DNA of 62,412 bases, filler included, from Chiloscyllium plagiosum (GCF_004010195.1; 3 parts of one record of this genome joined end to end with filler, not necessarily neighbours in it), one strand, 5' to 3'; positions 39,171-53,525 are shown, counted from the whole stretch's first letter. Notes: generated by a model not told the origin, from the sequence alone. Numbers and translations: made by a program.

Positions 39171-40075
39171 ACGGGCTTTGTAACAGGAGGAGAGATGGTG
39201 GTATTTTGACAATGTAAATGATTTTGTAATCTAGAGCCCCGACTAATGCTCTAATGCTTTAATATCACCAAAAATTGATTCGAGATTTGAATTCAATAAA
39301 AATATGGAATTGAAAATCTCGCCTAATCGTGGCCATGTATCCACAATCAATTGTATAAAAACTCATCTGGTTTCTGCTGTCCTTAAGGGAGGGTAATCCA
39401 TCAACCATATTTGGCAAAGTGCTGACTCTTAACTGCCCTACGAGTAACTCGAGATTGGTAATTAATGCTGACCCATCAGGAAACATTTTATGATTATTTC
39501 TTCAGAAAGTCACTTTGCTTATAGCTGAGATAGAGAGCACTGGCTTCTCAGCTCTGCATAATCAGTTACTGCAGTCCCAATGACTGTCAAACAAGGAGGT
39601 GGTAGAAGTAGTGATAATTGAGGTGAATGCTGGTAAAATAGTTAGGCCATGCAGCTGACATATCTCAAGTGAGTAAATGTCATCTGTCATGTGCATTTGT
39701 TCACAAGCTCCTACCTGACTGCAACCTTGTTTGAAACCCTGTCCATAAATCTGCTGAAACCCTGTTCCTAACACTGCTTGAAACCTGCTTGTAACTCTAT
39801 TTATAACCTGTTTATACCCTGTTTCTATTCCTGTTTATAACCCTTCTTGTAACCCTGTTGCCCCATTCTCACTGACCAGCAGATAGTTAGAAATCTGTTA
39901 TGCCACATAAAAATGTAGGTAGAGTTGCAACATAGTAGCACTTTAACATAAATACCATATTACATTTATTGAAACAGATTATCAAATGAATTTCACACAC
40001 GCAGATGGTAGTGTGTCCAATACCTATTGCATGTTGGAAAAGTTGATCATGTTGCCTGTAATAGAATTGACCTAC

Positions 40076-40266
40076 CAATAGTATAATATCTCTTGAGTTC
40101 TGTCCGTCTAGTGTTACGTCTCTGTGTGTTGACAGCATTTTTCCCCTTCTCCTCTGAAGCAATTGTTTTGAGGATTTTGCCAGTTTGGGATGTTGAATCC
40201 TCAGTTGCCATTGGATCGTCAAATCCTTGAGAGCTCATGTCTACTGACTGGGACTTTTTCTTTAGT
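40076..40266 (-). CDS. OXR1: Internal coding exon of oxidation resistance protein 1 (N-terminal region)
   Basis: Translates LKKKSQSVDMSSQGFDDPM...NAVNTQRRNTRRTELKRYYTI, matching the vertebrate OXR1 N-terminus as I recall it (LKKKSQSVDI...RRSELKRFYTID); acceptor ctctcttcttgctatgttgtAG, donor G|GTAGGT; 191 nt, phase 2 start and phase 1 end. Paralog NCOA7 shares RRTELKRYY but not KKKSQSVD. Confidence 0.9.
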
Positions 40267-41854
40267 CTACAACATAGCAAGAAGAGAGATGCTGTTCAGT
40301 AGAAACAAATAAGAATGATCTATTTTCTATCTTTTCTTAATTACCTTATGATATTACAATAAGTAATAAGGAACAAAATTAATGATGTCATCATATTTGA
40401 CTTCTGGTTTTCTGAACACAATCTAAATTCACAATGATATTTATTAACCAGCTACAGATTATCTGGGAAAAAGTGATCATAATGACATTAAATTAAGTTT
40501 GATATATCCCAATCTAAAACTAGAATCATAAACTGAAACAAATTACACAGGTATGACAGGAGAGTTGGTTATAGCAAATTGAATAACCAGAATAAAAAAT
40601 ACTGGTGTATGAACAATTGGAAAATGATCAACCAAACTACAGTGCATTAAACAACAACTATTAGTCTAACAGCACAGTTCCAAAGAGTATGTAGACTGGG
40701 GAATCTTGAGGATGTATGTGCAGCAATCTTTGAAGATAGTGGGACAAAGTGTCAGCTACGTGAATGGCTGGGATCCTGGTTTTCATAGAGATATTTAGTA
40801 CAATTTGAAAGAAATTATGCTGAGCGTTTATAAAACTTTGGTCAAGCCCCAACTATAATATTGCGTCCCATTCTAGTCACTACACTTTAGGAAGCATGTA
40901 AGGGTGCAGTACAGTGTAGATGGACCAGAATTTTGCCAGGGAGGGGGATTTTAGCAACAATGTTGAAGAAGCTGGGATTGTTCTCCTTGAGTAAAGCTAA
41001 GATCTTATAGAGGTGTACAAGATCAAGAAAGTTTTAGTATAAGTACACAATGCAGAACTATTCCTTTACACTACTTTTTCAAATCTTTGGTGGGGGAGGA
41101 GATGGGGTTGAAAGGCACAGATGTAAAGTTTCTGAGCAAGACATACAGGGAGAATTGAGAGGATGCAGTGAGTGGTAATTGTAGACGCTCGTGCTAATAC
41201 AAAAATATGTTTAAAAAAAGTGCCAGCAGTGAGGTAAGAGCATCAAGCATCAAATATGTAGACCTCGTGCTAAGTCTAACATGGTAAATAGTTCAAAGTA
41301 CGTTGAATAATCTTAAACAATCTGTGAAATGAATGCAATGCACTCAGTCGACACCAGAGTGAATGCCAGGTCAGCAGGTTGTTGGAGCTCTTGCCGATTC
41401 TTTTCATTCTCCGTTTTTTATGTTTGCTATTTGGTTTGGGACTGTGGACAGCAGACTGTTTTGTAAGGGAGGAAGGCAGGCAGGCTGTTATTCGCTCTTG
41501 GAGTTGGGTCTTGGGTTTGGTTGTGAATTGTTACTTGCTGGAGGATGCTCTATGAATGCTTCAAATCCAGTGTGGTTTTGTGCTTGGGCAGATGGCAGAT
41601 AATGGGTGTTGCAGCCTCACAGGGAGATAACTGGTCCAGCAGGGAAGGTGCTAGGGGCATTAGTGGTGGTGGTGGAGTTCTGACATGTTTTTTGACTGTG
41701 TTTAACTCAAAGAGATTGTGCCTGAGAAAAGTGCAGGTCAGAGGTTTGATTGCTCCCTAGTTGTCCTATAGAATTTCAGTGATACAAATTTTAAAAAAAA
41801 TTCTTTGAAGACTAATGGATGCCATGCATTGGTGTAATCAGAAACCAAGCAAGA

Positions 41855-42125
41855 TACGAGCAGCACAGTGGTTAGTACTGCTGTCTCACGCCACCAGGGA
41901 CTTGGGTTTGTGTCCACTCTAGGACGAATGTCTGTGTGGAGTGCACATTCTCCCATGTCTGTAAGGGTGTTCTCTGGGTGCTCCAGTTTTCACCCACAGT
42001 CAAAAAATGTACAAATTAGGGGGATTAGCTATGCTAATTTGCAGGTTAGGTCTGGGTGAGATCATCTTTTGAGGGCCAGATTTGGCTGAATGGCTTGCTT
42101 CCACCCTGTAGGATTTTGATGATTC
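41855..42125 (+). mobile_element. HE1-type SINE, degenerate
   Basis: gcagcacagtggttagtactgctgtctcacg..gtctgtgtggagtgcacattctccc. Confidence 0.7.
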
Positions 42126-43479
42126 TGTATCACCCTAAATGTCAGTGATGTTCGAGATTGTGGAGACTGCTCCAGTAAACTGGCTAGTTACAACTCATTT
42201 ATTTCTTTGTCTTTTGATGTATCCCTTAACTGTGTCTACCTGACTGTCTGTGTGTTGAGGAGGGGGGAGCTAGAATTGAGTTAAATCAGAGACATTAATC
42301 AGATTGCCTTGTGGTTTAATTTTGCTCTTTTAAAGCTACAGTATTATTACTACATTGTTAAATCTTCTGTTTACATAATTAACCTGGTGCTGGCTATTCT
42401 AAAAGTGTGTTAAGGAACCATTGAGGTCAATTTGGAAGGTCATTGGGTATTTTGATTTTACTGTATTGTGAATAGAAAGTAGGAAGCTGATTTGATTCAG
42501 CGGTCCGTCTTCATGTTGTAACAAGATGGGTGGCAGGGAGGAGACTCAAAAACAATGGGAAAATGGTTAATGGAACAACACAGTGAGAAGCATTTCAGCC
42601 ACGCCACAACTTGATAATGCAACAGTGCAAAAGCAAGGTCTGAGGAGGGAGAGCTGTGAGACACAGGCCAGCTGTGTGGAAGGCCCCCATCAAGCTAAGA
42701 AATGGAAGAACTGGAGCCAATGATTCACTCGATGTGGGAACTCTTCTTTCGCAACTGAAGCAAATAAAGAACTAGTTTGTTCTTTTATCAATGTAATTGT
42801 TAGCATTATGATGTTGAAGGCAGGGAGTAAATGAAGATCCAGTCATTTACAAGGAGGTTGCTGAAGTATGCTGCAGTATTCAGTAAAATATTATCATTGA
42901 GCAAAATGTAAAATCAAAGGCAAGAAAGAGCAACTTCTTCATTCTTCAATTATCTGTATTGTTTATCAGATAACTCTATAGATAGGACATTAAAAGATTA
43001 CCTAATGGGAGATCTGGCCCTGGCCAGAGTCCAATCTGATCAGGTTTCTCACCAGCCAGAGAACATTTGACTTCAACAGGAGCAGTACATTTAGTAAGGC
43101 AAACTGAAGTGAAGAAAGATGACAAAGTTTTTATTGGCAAATTAACCAGTTGGCCTATAAGCTGGTGCTATAATCCAACAGGTTTATTTAAAACCGCAAG
43201 CTTTTGGATCTCCATTCCTTCCTCAGGCAGCGGTCCAGAGAATACTGGGAGAGAACAGTGGGAGTGGTAGAGTCAGAATCATTGGTGACCTTTAAGCGGC
43301 AATTGAATAGGTACATGGATGGGTGCTTAAGCTATGACAAATGTTCGGCACAACATCGTGGGCTGAAGGGCCTGTTCTGTGCTGTATTGTTCTATGTTCT
43401 AATACACCAGACACAAAATATATAAGTAAAAGATCAAAGGGTCATACAACTTCAATGAATGTATTGAACAAACCAAGAT

Positions 43480-44420
43480 GGCTATTATTTATTTGATCAG
43501 TTAGATTAGTGATGCAGGTTTTGACAAATTAATATGTAAATCTCAGAATTTTTCTCAAGGAACTTTCCCAAGATAACTTAAGATTTTATTAGTATAAAGG
43601 TGACATCTCAGGTCAGACAATGTATTTTAGGTGTGACGCTCTGTTCTGGGTTTGTTTATGTCCCAACCTGGAGTCAGATTGGTTTTATTTCCAAAGTAGG
43701 AATTTATAAAATGCCACACTGACTGACTACTATGTTGTCTACAGATCATTTGTTTTTTGAACTAAATAGAATGTATCTGCAAACATAAATGCAAATTCAC
43801 CCCATAGGTTTGTGTGAAGGGGGTGGGGGGCTGCAGAGAGTGCATGTGTCGAGAGAGAGGGAGAGAGAGAGAGAGAATGTGATTGTGCTTGAGAGGAAGT
43901 GAGTGTGAGGGAGTATATGCCTGTGAGAATGTGTGTGCGACAGTGTGTGTATGCAAAAGGATCTGTGTGAGTGTGTGTGCCTGTGTCCGTGTGTGAGAGT
44001 ATGTACAGTGTCATACCTGTAGTGTGACATGAACACAAGATCCCAGTTGAGGCTGCCCTCGTAGGCACCGAACTTGGCTATCAGCCTCTGTTTGGTACTT
44101 TGCATTGTTGCGTGTCCCAAAGTCCACCTTGGAGGACATTTATTTGAAGATCCAAGGCTGAATGTCCTTGACCACTCAAGTGTTCCCATATTAGTGGGGA
44201 ACATCCTTGTCTGGCGATTGTTGTGCAGTGTCTATTCATCTGTTGTCATAGCCATCTAGGTTTGTTCAATACATCTGTACAAGTTGTTTGACCCTTTGAT
44301 CTTTTACTTGTAAATTCTGTGTCCTATGTATTCTTTCTCATTAGTTGCCTGAGGAATGAGTGGGCTTCTAAAATTCTGCAGTTTCAAATAAATCTGTCAG
44401 GCTCTAACCTGGTGTTGTTG
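43480..44420 (-). mobile_element. Non-autonomous Penelope-like element related to 8696-9700
   Basis: KQRLIAKFGAYEGSLNWDLVFMSHYR, GT/GA-rich tract, terminal taacctggtgttgt. Confidence 0.7.
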
Positions 44421-44459
44421 ATTTTTTGTCCAATACCAGCACCACCACATCATTTATTT

Positions 44460-44830
44460 GCAGTGATGCAAAGGTTTTAGAGATCAAACCCACATACACA
44501 ACATCGACACAACAGTGCAAGTGAAACATAACTGAAGTCAAAGAAGTGAGATGAAAGGACAGTGGACAAGAGGCTACATCAGCACAAAATATCTCCTGCC
44601 TGTGGCATGTCATACCTGCAAGAAGACTGACCATTTTAAACCAGTCTAGTGCAGTCACAGGTTTGAATCCTAAAACAGAAGGAAAAACGGTTAAGAATGA
44701 GCAAATCCAAGAGAGCGAAGAGCCATACAGCAGTGAAATAACAATCCTCGGAGAAATCAAGGTGTCAAAGGGAAGTGTTGGCATAAAAGTAATTGGGGAC
44801 CAGATGAATTTTATGCTTGACACTTGGGCA
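44460..44830 (+). mobile_element. Gypsy-like gag-protease remnant
   Basis: CHTCKKTDHF knuckle near 44608 and MNFMLDTWA (LDTG-like) near 44805. Confidence 0.5.
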
Positions 44831-44833
44831 GAA

Positions 44834-45137
44834 TCATAGAACATAGAACATAGAAGAATACAGCGCAGTACAGGCCCTTCGGCCCTCGATGTTGCGCCGA
44901 TCCAAGCCCACCTAACCTACACTAGCCCACTATCCTCCATATGCCTATCCAATGCCCACTTAAATGCCCAGAATGAGGGAGAGTCCACCACTGCTACTGG
45001 CAGGGCATTCCATGAACTCACGACTCGCTGAGTAAAGAACCTACCCCTAACATCTGTCCTATACCTACCACCCTTAATTTAAAGCTATGCCCCCTTGTAA
45101 TAGCTGACTCCATACGTGGAAAAAGATTCTCACTGTC
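44834..45137 (-). mobile_element. Young CR1 3' fragment inserted in the tail of another CR1
   Basis: Close to the reverse complement of 1-241; (AGAACAT)n tail; flanking TCATAGAA repeat. Confidence 0.8.
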
Positions 45138-47440
45138 ATAGAATCCTACAGCATGGAGACAGGCCCTTTGGACCAAATTGATCCATGCCAAACAGAATGT
45201 CCATCCATGCTAACTCTATTTTGCTGTATTTGGCCCATATCTTTCTAAACCTTTCCTATCTATGTATTTGTCTAAATGTCTTTTAAATGTTATTAATGAA
45301 CTCTCCTCAACTTCGGCTAGAAGCTTATTTCAAATGCGTACTACTCTCTGTGTACAAAAAAGTTGTCCCTCAGGTTCCTTTTTATTCTTATACATCTCAA
45401 CAAGTCTCCTCCTCAGTTTCCTATGCTGTAAAGAAAAAAGTTCTAGCAATATCCTTGCAAATTTCTTCTGTGCTCATCTTGGTTTAATAACATCCTTCCT
45501 TTAGCAAGGTGAACAAAACTGAACACAATACTTCAAGTGTGGCCTAACCAACGTAACTTGCCAACTTATATATAGAGGTACCTTGATTATCCAAATTTCA
45601 GATTATCCGAAGAAGATCTCAAGGTCCTGATAGAACCATTATATCAAAGAGATGTTTCAACACTGATCACGTCTTTTGTTAAAAATGAATTTAAAATGAA
45701 TCCAGCTTATTGAAATGCTGCCGAGAATAATCCTAGACATCGATAGGAGCCCAGGCATCGTCTCAAAAAGACTGACTGCCAGCCCTATCTCCCTCTTCTC
45801 CCCATACTTTCCCTGGAGTTCTACACAGGGGTGTACCCTAAATCCCCCTTCCTCAGATAATCTCTCCAATATTATCCTGTGCAAAGGTGGATCTTGTCAA
45901 AACGTTGTGTGCGTGTGTATGTGGATGTGTGTGATTTTTTGAGACTCACACCCCAAAGGCAGCAGCAGTCTTACTGTTGGTGTCCAGTCCTGCTGCCCTG
46001 GAGAGGGGATGGAGGGTGGAAGGGGGGCTTACGGGGACTGACGAGGGTTGGAGGGGATGGACAGGGTGGGGGGTACGGGACGGCTGGGGGGCAGGGATGC
46101 AGACAGCGGTGGGGTGGGGGCGTGGAGTTGGATGCGGTTGTGGGGGACCGGGGGTGGACAGGGTTGGGAAGGGGCAGACAGTAGGGGGGGTGGTCAGTGT
46201 CTCGCACACAGTATGCTGCAGCTTAATCTCCTAAACAGGGTGCGGACTTCATAAGTGTCAAATCCATTGAACCTATTGGGGGTGGCGGGGGGCTTCAGCA
46301 ATGCTGCAGGTCCCTGGCACACAAGTGTGTCTCTGCTCAGAAATAAACCCTGAGATAGACAGAGGGAGCAAGGCAGACAGAGCGAGGAAAAAGGAAACCT
46401 CAGAAAACTCGGAGCCCCAGAGGAGAGGCATTGAATCAACTAACCGAATAGTCAATCATCTGAATGAAATAGCGCCTGCCCATCTTGTTCGGAATAATCG
46501 AGGTTCCTCTGTACTCAGTGCCCCGACTAAAGGAGGCCAGTGTGCCAAAAGCCTTCTTCACTGCCCTGGCTACCTGTGACTCTACTTTCAGAGATCTGTG
46601 TGCCTGAACTCCAAGATCCCTCTGCTCCTTAAGGCCCTACCATGCACCATGAAATTTCAGCCTTGATTTCCAAAATGCATTAACCTCACACTTATCTATA
46701 TTAGCTATATTTGCCATTTCTTGACCTATACTCCCAGCTGATCAAGGTCCTTCTGCAATTCCTGACAACCTTCCCCACTGTCTACGATACCGCTTATTTT
46801 AAGTATCATCTGCAAACTTACTAATCATGTCTTGTACATTCTCATCCAAATAATTGATATAGATAACAAACAGCAATGGGCTCAGCACTGACCCCTGAGG
46901 TACACCACTAGCCACAAGCCTCCAGTCTGACTAGCATCCTTTCACTATTACCCTCTGCTACCTATCATTAGCTTTCCTGGTCACTTCATCAAAAAACCCA
47001 AACAAATTTGAGGCATGATCTCCCATGCACAAAGCCATGCTGACTACTCCTAATCAAACCCTGTCTTTCCAAATGCATGTGTATCTTATCCCTCAGAATC
47101 TTCTCAAGTAACTTACCTACTCTCTGGTCTATAGTTCACAGGATTCCTTTTGCAGCCCTTTCTTGAATAAGAACACAACATTCGCTACATTCTACACTTC
47201 TGGGACTTCACCCGTGGCTAACGATGATGCAAAAATATTAGCCAGGGCTCCTGCAATTTCTCCTCTAGCCTCTCACAGGATTCCTGGATATATCTGGTCA
47301 GGTCTTGGAGACTTATTCCTCCTTGTACGTTCTAATACATCCAAGACCTCCTCTGCTGTGATATGGGGTGTCTCCAAGATATCACCACTAACATCCCTAG
47401 GTTCCCAAGTCTTCATGTCTTTGTATAAGTCTTTTCAGGT
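45138..47440 (-). mobile_element. CR1 LINE RT region, interrupted by a DNA transposon
   Basis: catctgcaaactt (KFADD), ccctgaggtacacc (GVPQG), gccatgctgact (SQHGF). Confidence 0.8.
45573..46511. mobile_element. Non-autonomous Tigger/pogo-like DNA transposon with TIRs and TA TSD
   Basis: TA|tagaggtaccttgattatcc ... gaataatcgaggttcctctg|TA; the host CR1 resumes in register. Confidence 0.8.
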
Positions 47441-47849
47441 ACAGTAAAATGGCCAAATCAAGGAGCTCTGCGGCCATCCCCTATTGAACACGAGGGATCA
47501 GGAGGTATTGAAATAAAAGTGACGACCTGTAAACTAAAATTGAAGATCAGTATAAAAATCAACACTGAGGGTGTACATGTGATTCAAAACAAAGAATGCT
47601 TGGACTTGGTGCAGGATTCGGCCATTTAGCCCCATCTAGAACACAGCTCTACCCTTCAATAAGATCCGGTAATGGCCTCAATACCATTTTTCAGTGGGCT
47701 CCCATAATGTCTTGTTGATCAAAAATCTAACTATCCCTTCAATAAATTAAATGACGCATTCTCCAATATTAAGGAAGAGAATTCCAGAGAGTAATGATTC
47801 CCTGAAAGAAGCAGTGTTGTCCTCACTTTGGTCTTAACACAGCTGATGT

Positions 47850-50800
47850 CTCGGAATCCTTTTTTGAGGTATTTTAGGTGTTGGAGGTGATTTCCTCAAA
47901 TTCCAGGAGAAGCAATTTCTGTTTTATATGCTGTTGCATTGTTTTGGGACTTTGGAGAAAAAAAAAAGTCAAAACAACGGCACTTTTAAAAGGGAGAGGC
48001 AAAGGCAGCACATGGTGAGGTCAGTGCAGGGGAGAGAGAGAGAGAAAGGAACCCACACTGCTAACTGAACCTGTGCAGTTACTGCTTTTGTTGTTGAATT
48101 CATGTATTGCTGGACATTGGAGTGCATCTAGGAAAATTAACAAACAGTGAAATTCACAACTGATCTTGGAGGAACCTGTTTGGGAATGCAACCTTGGGGA
48201 GTCTGCAGTAGTGAATAGAGTGGGTTCTTTCTTGATTATATGTTTTATTGAGATATGTCTCTTAACTAAACTTAAAAATAAATGCCAGAAGTATTATGTT
48301 AGCCTGGAGCAGTGTTTTCTGGAGGAAAAAGCAGGGCTATTTTCTGGATCTGCAAATTGGAAGAAGCAAAAATGGCCCTTAGTAGAGCGATATGCTCTTC
48401 TTGTTGGATGTGTGAGTTTAAGGAGAATTTACATGTTACTGAGGATTATATCTGCAATAAATGCTGTTGGTTGCAAATTCTATCAGACCGAATGGAATGG
48501 ATGGAGCGACAGTTAGAGGCAACTTACAAGAACAAGGGGGTGTGATGGATGGCAGTTACAGGAAGGGATAAAAGCCGCAGATACAGGATGGGTTAACTCA
48601 AGGAAACGTAAGAGAGGTAGGCAGGTAGAGTGAGAGTTTTCTGTGGCTATCCCATTTCAAACGTATGCTGTTTTGGAAAATGTAGGAGGTGATGGATTCT
48701 CAGTGGAATGTAGAATGAGCAGCCAAGTTTCTGGTACTGAGACTGGCTCTAATGCAATGAGGGGTACGGTGAGTTCCGAGAGATTGATTGTGTTACGGGA
48801 TTCTCTAGTCCGAGGCACGGACAGATGTTTCTGTGGCCAGCAGCGAAAAATCAGAATGGTGTGTTGCTTCCCTGGTGCCGGGACCAGGGATGGTTCAGAG
48901 AAGGTACAGAATACTCTCAAAGGAGAGAGGGACCAGCAAGAGGTCATTGTACACATTGGAACTAATGGCATTGGAAGGGAAAATGTTGAGATTCTGAAGG
49001 GACAATAAAGAGAGTTAGGCAAGAAATTAAAAAGGAGGTCCCCGAGATTAGTAACATCTAGATTTTTCCCAGTGCTACGAGCTAGTGAGGGCAGGGATAG
49101 GTGGATAGAGCAGTTGAATGCATGGCTGAGGAGCTGGTGTAAGGGAGAGGGATTCACATTTTTGGATCATTGGAATCTCTTCTGGGGTAGAAGTGACCTG
49201 TACAAGAAGGATGGATTGCACCAAAATTGGAAGGGGACTAATAAACTGGCAGGGAGATTTGCTAGAACTCTCAGGAGCATTTAAACTCGTGAGAAAAGAA
49301 GCGAGTCAAACAGTCAAGGCAGGCAGGGACAAAGCAGAGATCAAGGCAGAATTGATCAATTAAACTGCATTTATTACAATGCAAGAGGTCTCACAGGGAA
49401 GGCAGATGAACTCAGGGCATAGTTAAGAACATGGGACTGGGATATCATAGCAATTACAGAAATATGGCTCATGAATGGACAGGACTGGCAGCTTAATGTT
49501 CCAGGATACAAATGCTATAGGAAGGACAGAAAGGGAGGCAAGAGAGGTGGGGGAGTAGCTTTTTTGATAAGGAAAAGCACTACAGCTGTGCTGAGGGAGG
49601 ATATTCCCGGAAATACAACCAAGGAAGTTATTTGGGTTGAACTGAGAAAAAAGGGGATGATCACCTTATTGGGATGTATCATAGGCCCCGAATAGTCAGA
49701 GGGAAATTGAGAAACAAACTTGTAAGGAGATCTCAGTTATCTGTAAGAATAATAGGGTGGTTATGATCAGGGATTTTAACTTAGCAAACATAGACTGGGA
49801 CTGCCATAGTGTTAAGGGTTTAGATGGAGAGGAATTTGTTAAGCGTGTACAAGAAAATGTTCTGATTCAGTATACGGATGTACTTATGAGAGAAGGTGCA
49901 AAACTAGACCTACTCTTGGGAAATAAGGCAGGGCAGGTGACTGAGGTGTCAGTGGGGGAGCACTTTGGGGCCAGCGACCATAATTCTATTAGTTTTAAAA
50001 CAGTGATGGAAAAAGATAGACCAGATCTAAATGTTGAAGTTCGAAATTGGAGAAAGGCCAATTTTGATAGTATTAGGCAAGAACTTTCAAAAGTTGATTG
50101 GGGACAGATGTTTGCAGGGACGGCTGGAAAATGGGAAGCCTTCAGAAATGAGATAACGAGAGTCCAGAGTATATGCCTGTTAGGGTGAAAGGAAAGGCTG
50201 GTAGGCATAGGGAATGCTGGATGACTAAACAAATTGAGGGTTTGGTTAAGAAAAAGGAACCATATGTCAGGTATAGATAGGATAGTTCAAGTCACTCCTT
50301 AGAAGAGTGTAAAGGCAGTAGGAGTATAGTTAAGAGGGGAAAAAGGAGGGCAAAAAGGGGACATGAGATAGCCTTGGCAAATAGAGTTAAGGAGGATCCA
50401 AAGGGTTTTTACAAATATTTTAAGGACAAAAGGGAACTTGGGAGAGAATAGGACCCTTCAAAGATCAGCAAGATGGCCTTTGTGTGGAGCCGCAAGAGAT
50501 GGGGGAGATACTAAACAAGTATTTTGCATCAACGTTTACACTGGAAAAGGACATGGAAGATATAGAATGCAGGGAAATAGATTGTGACATCTTGAAAAAT
50601 GTCCATATTACAGAGGAGGAAGTGCTGGATGTCTTGAAATGCAAAGAAGTGGACAAATTGCCAGGACCTGATCAGGTGTACCTCAGAATTCTGTGGAAAG
50701 CTAGGTAAGTGATTGCGGGGCCTCTTGCTGAGATGGTCACAGGTGAGGTGCTGGAAGACTAGAGGTTGGCCAACGTGGTGCCACTATTTAGGAAAGATGG

Positions 50801-52475
50801 TAAGGACAAGCCTGAGAACTATAGACCAATGAGCCTGACGTCGGTGGTAGGCAATTTAGATTAGATTACTTACAGTGTGGAAACAGGCCCTTCGGCCCAA
50901 CAAGTCCACACCAACCCGCCGAAGCGCAACCCACACAGACCCATTCCCCTTCACCTAACACTACGGGCAATTTAGCATGGCCAATTCACCTAACCTGCAC
51001 ATTTTTGGATTGTGGGAGGAAACCGGAGCATCCGGAGGAAACCCACGCATACACAGGGAGAATGTGCAAACTCCACACAGAGAGTCACCTGAGGCGGAAT
51101 TGAACCCGGGTCTCTGGCACTGTGAGGCAGCAGTGCTAACCACTGTGCCACCGTGCCTGAGGGACGGGATGTATATGTATTTGGAAAGGCAAGGACTGAT
51201 TAGGGATAGTCAACATGGCGTTGTCCATGGGAGATCATGTCTCACAAACTTGATTGAGTTTTTTGAAGAAGTAACAAAGTGGAATGATGAGAGCAGAGCA
51301 GTAGAAGTGATCTCGATGGACTTCAGTCAGGCGTTCGACAAAGTTCCCCATGGGAGACTGGTTAGCAAGGTTAGATCTCATGGAAACAGGGAGAACTAGC
51401 TATTTGGATACAGAACTCGCTCAAAGGTAGGAGACAGAGGGTGGTGGTGGAGGGTTGCTTTTCAGATTGGAAGCCTGTGACCAGTGGAGTGCCACAAGGA
51501 TCAGTGCTGGGTCCACTACATTTCGTAATTTATATAAATGATAAGGATGTGAGCTTAAGAGGTATAGTTAGTAAGTTTCCAAATGAAACCAAAATTGGAG
51601 GTGCAGTGGACAGCGAAGAAGTTACCTCGGATTACAATGGGATCTCTATCAGATGAGCTTATGGGCTGAGGAGTGGCAGATGGAGTTTAATTTAGATAAA
51701 TGCAAGGTGCTGCATTTTGGGAAAGCAAATCTTAGCAGGACTTATATACTTAATGGTATGGTCCTAGGGAGTGCTGCTGAACAAAGAAACCTTGGACTGC
51801 ACGTTCATGGCTCCTTGGAAGTAGAGTCGCAGATAGATAGGATAGTGAAGAAGGCATTTGGTATGCATTCCTTTATTGGTCAGAGCATTGAGTACAGGAA
51901 TTGGGAGGTCATGTTGCAGCTGTATAGGACATTGGTTAGGCCACTGTTGGAATAATGCATGCAATTCTGGTCTCCTTCCTATTATTGGAAGGATGTTGTG
52001 AAACTTGAAAAGGTTCAGAAAAGATTTACAAGGATGTTGCCAGGGTTGGAGGATTTGAGCTATAGGGAGAGGTTGAATAGGCTAGGGCTGTTTTCCCTGG
52101 AGTGTTGAAGGCTGAGTGTGACCTTCTTGAGGTTTATCAAATCATGAGGGGCATGGATAGGTTAAATAGACATGGTGTTTTCCCTGAGGTGGGGGAGTCC
52201 AGAACTAGCAGGCATAGGTTTAGGGTGAGAGGGGAAAGATAAAAGAAACTTAAGAGGCAACCTTTTCACGCAGAGGGTAGTGTGTGTGTGGAATGGGCTG
52301 CCAGAGAAGTGATGGAGGCTAGTACAATTGTAACACTTAAAAAGCATCTGGATAGGAAGGGTTTGGAGGGATATGGGTGTTGGCAAGTGCGACTAGATTG
52401 GTTTGGGATATTTGGTTGGCATGGACGAGCTGGACCGAAGAGTCTGTTTCTGTTATACATCTCCATGACTCTATG
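47850..52475 (+). mobile_element. Near full-length decayed CR1 LINE (5'UTR, ORF1 Zn-finger/esterase, ORF2 endonuclease-RT, tail)
   Basis: AICSSCWMCE..YICNKC; RDSLVRG, VHIGTN, DGLH (SGNH); [24 protein letters not shown]; ccatgactctatga tail; frameshifted. Confidence 0.92.
50856..51157 (-). mobile_element. HE1-type SINE nested in CR1
   Basis: Closely similar to 4986-5303. Confidence 0.88.
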
Positions 52476-53525
52476 ATGTGCAGGAAGTATATGCAGCTGC
52501 AGCTCTTGTTAGACCGCATGACAGCTCTGGAGCTGTGGAATGACTTATCTTGGAGCATATGTGATGTTGAGGATGTCATGGAAAGCATGTTTAGTGAAAT
52601 GGTCATATTGTGACTTGGATTGTTGAGGGAGAATGGGAAAGGTTGACCAAAAGGCAGAGAAAGATAGGAAGGAAGCGCAGGTGTCCCCTGCGGTCATCTC
52701 CCTCCAAAACAGGAATACCATTTCAGGTATTGTTGGGGGAGATGTGTTCACCAAGGGGAAGGGAGCAGGAGCATTGTCCATTGCAACAGGGCAGAGGGCA
52801 GGAAAAAGAATGGAAGGGCTATAGTCATAGTGGATTCAATTGTAAGGGGAGTGGCTAGGCGATTCGGTGGTCGAAAACGAGACTCCCGAATGGTATGGTG
52901 CCTTCCAGGTGCATGGGTCAGGGATGTCTCAGATCGGCTGCAGAACTATCTGAAGGGGAAGGGTGATCAGCCAGTTGCCATAGTGCATATAGGGACCCAT
53001 GATATAGGTTAAATGGTACCTCAAAAATGGTATGAGGTCCAACAAGCAGAATTTAGAGAGTTAGGAGCCAGGTTACAAAGTAGGACCTTAGAGGTAGTAA
53101 CCTCAGGATTACTACCAGTGCCACGTGCCAGTCAGAGTAGAAGCAAAAGAATAGGCAGAATTAATACCTGACTTGAGAGATGGTGCAGGAGGGAGGGGTT
53201 CAAATTTTTGGGACATTGGAATCGTTCTGGGGAGGTGGGACCATTACAAATTAGATGGTCTACACCTAGGCCGGACTGGAACCAATGTCCTTGGGGGTGC
53301 CATTGCTAACGCTGTTGGCGAGGGTTTAAACTAATGTGGCAGGGGGTTGGGAACCAAATGAGGAGATTAGTGGACAGTGAGGAGGTAGTAACTAAGGCCT
53401 GTAAGGAACAAGATTATGTTGTCAGCATGACTAAGGGTAAGAGTAGGCAGGGAGCAGATGATGAACACAATGGGACTGGTAGTCTGAGGTATATTTGTTT
53501 TAATGCAAGAAGTGTTGTAGGTAAG

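Noticed and set aside
45946..46254. Pro/Gly-rich ORFs and G-runs
   Set aside because: Low-complexity interior of the non-autonomous DNA transposon.
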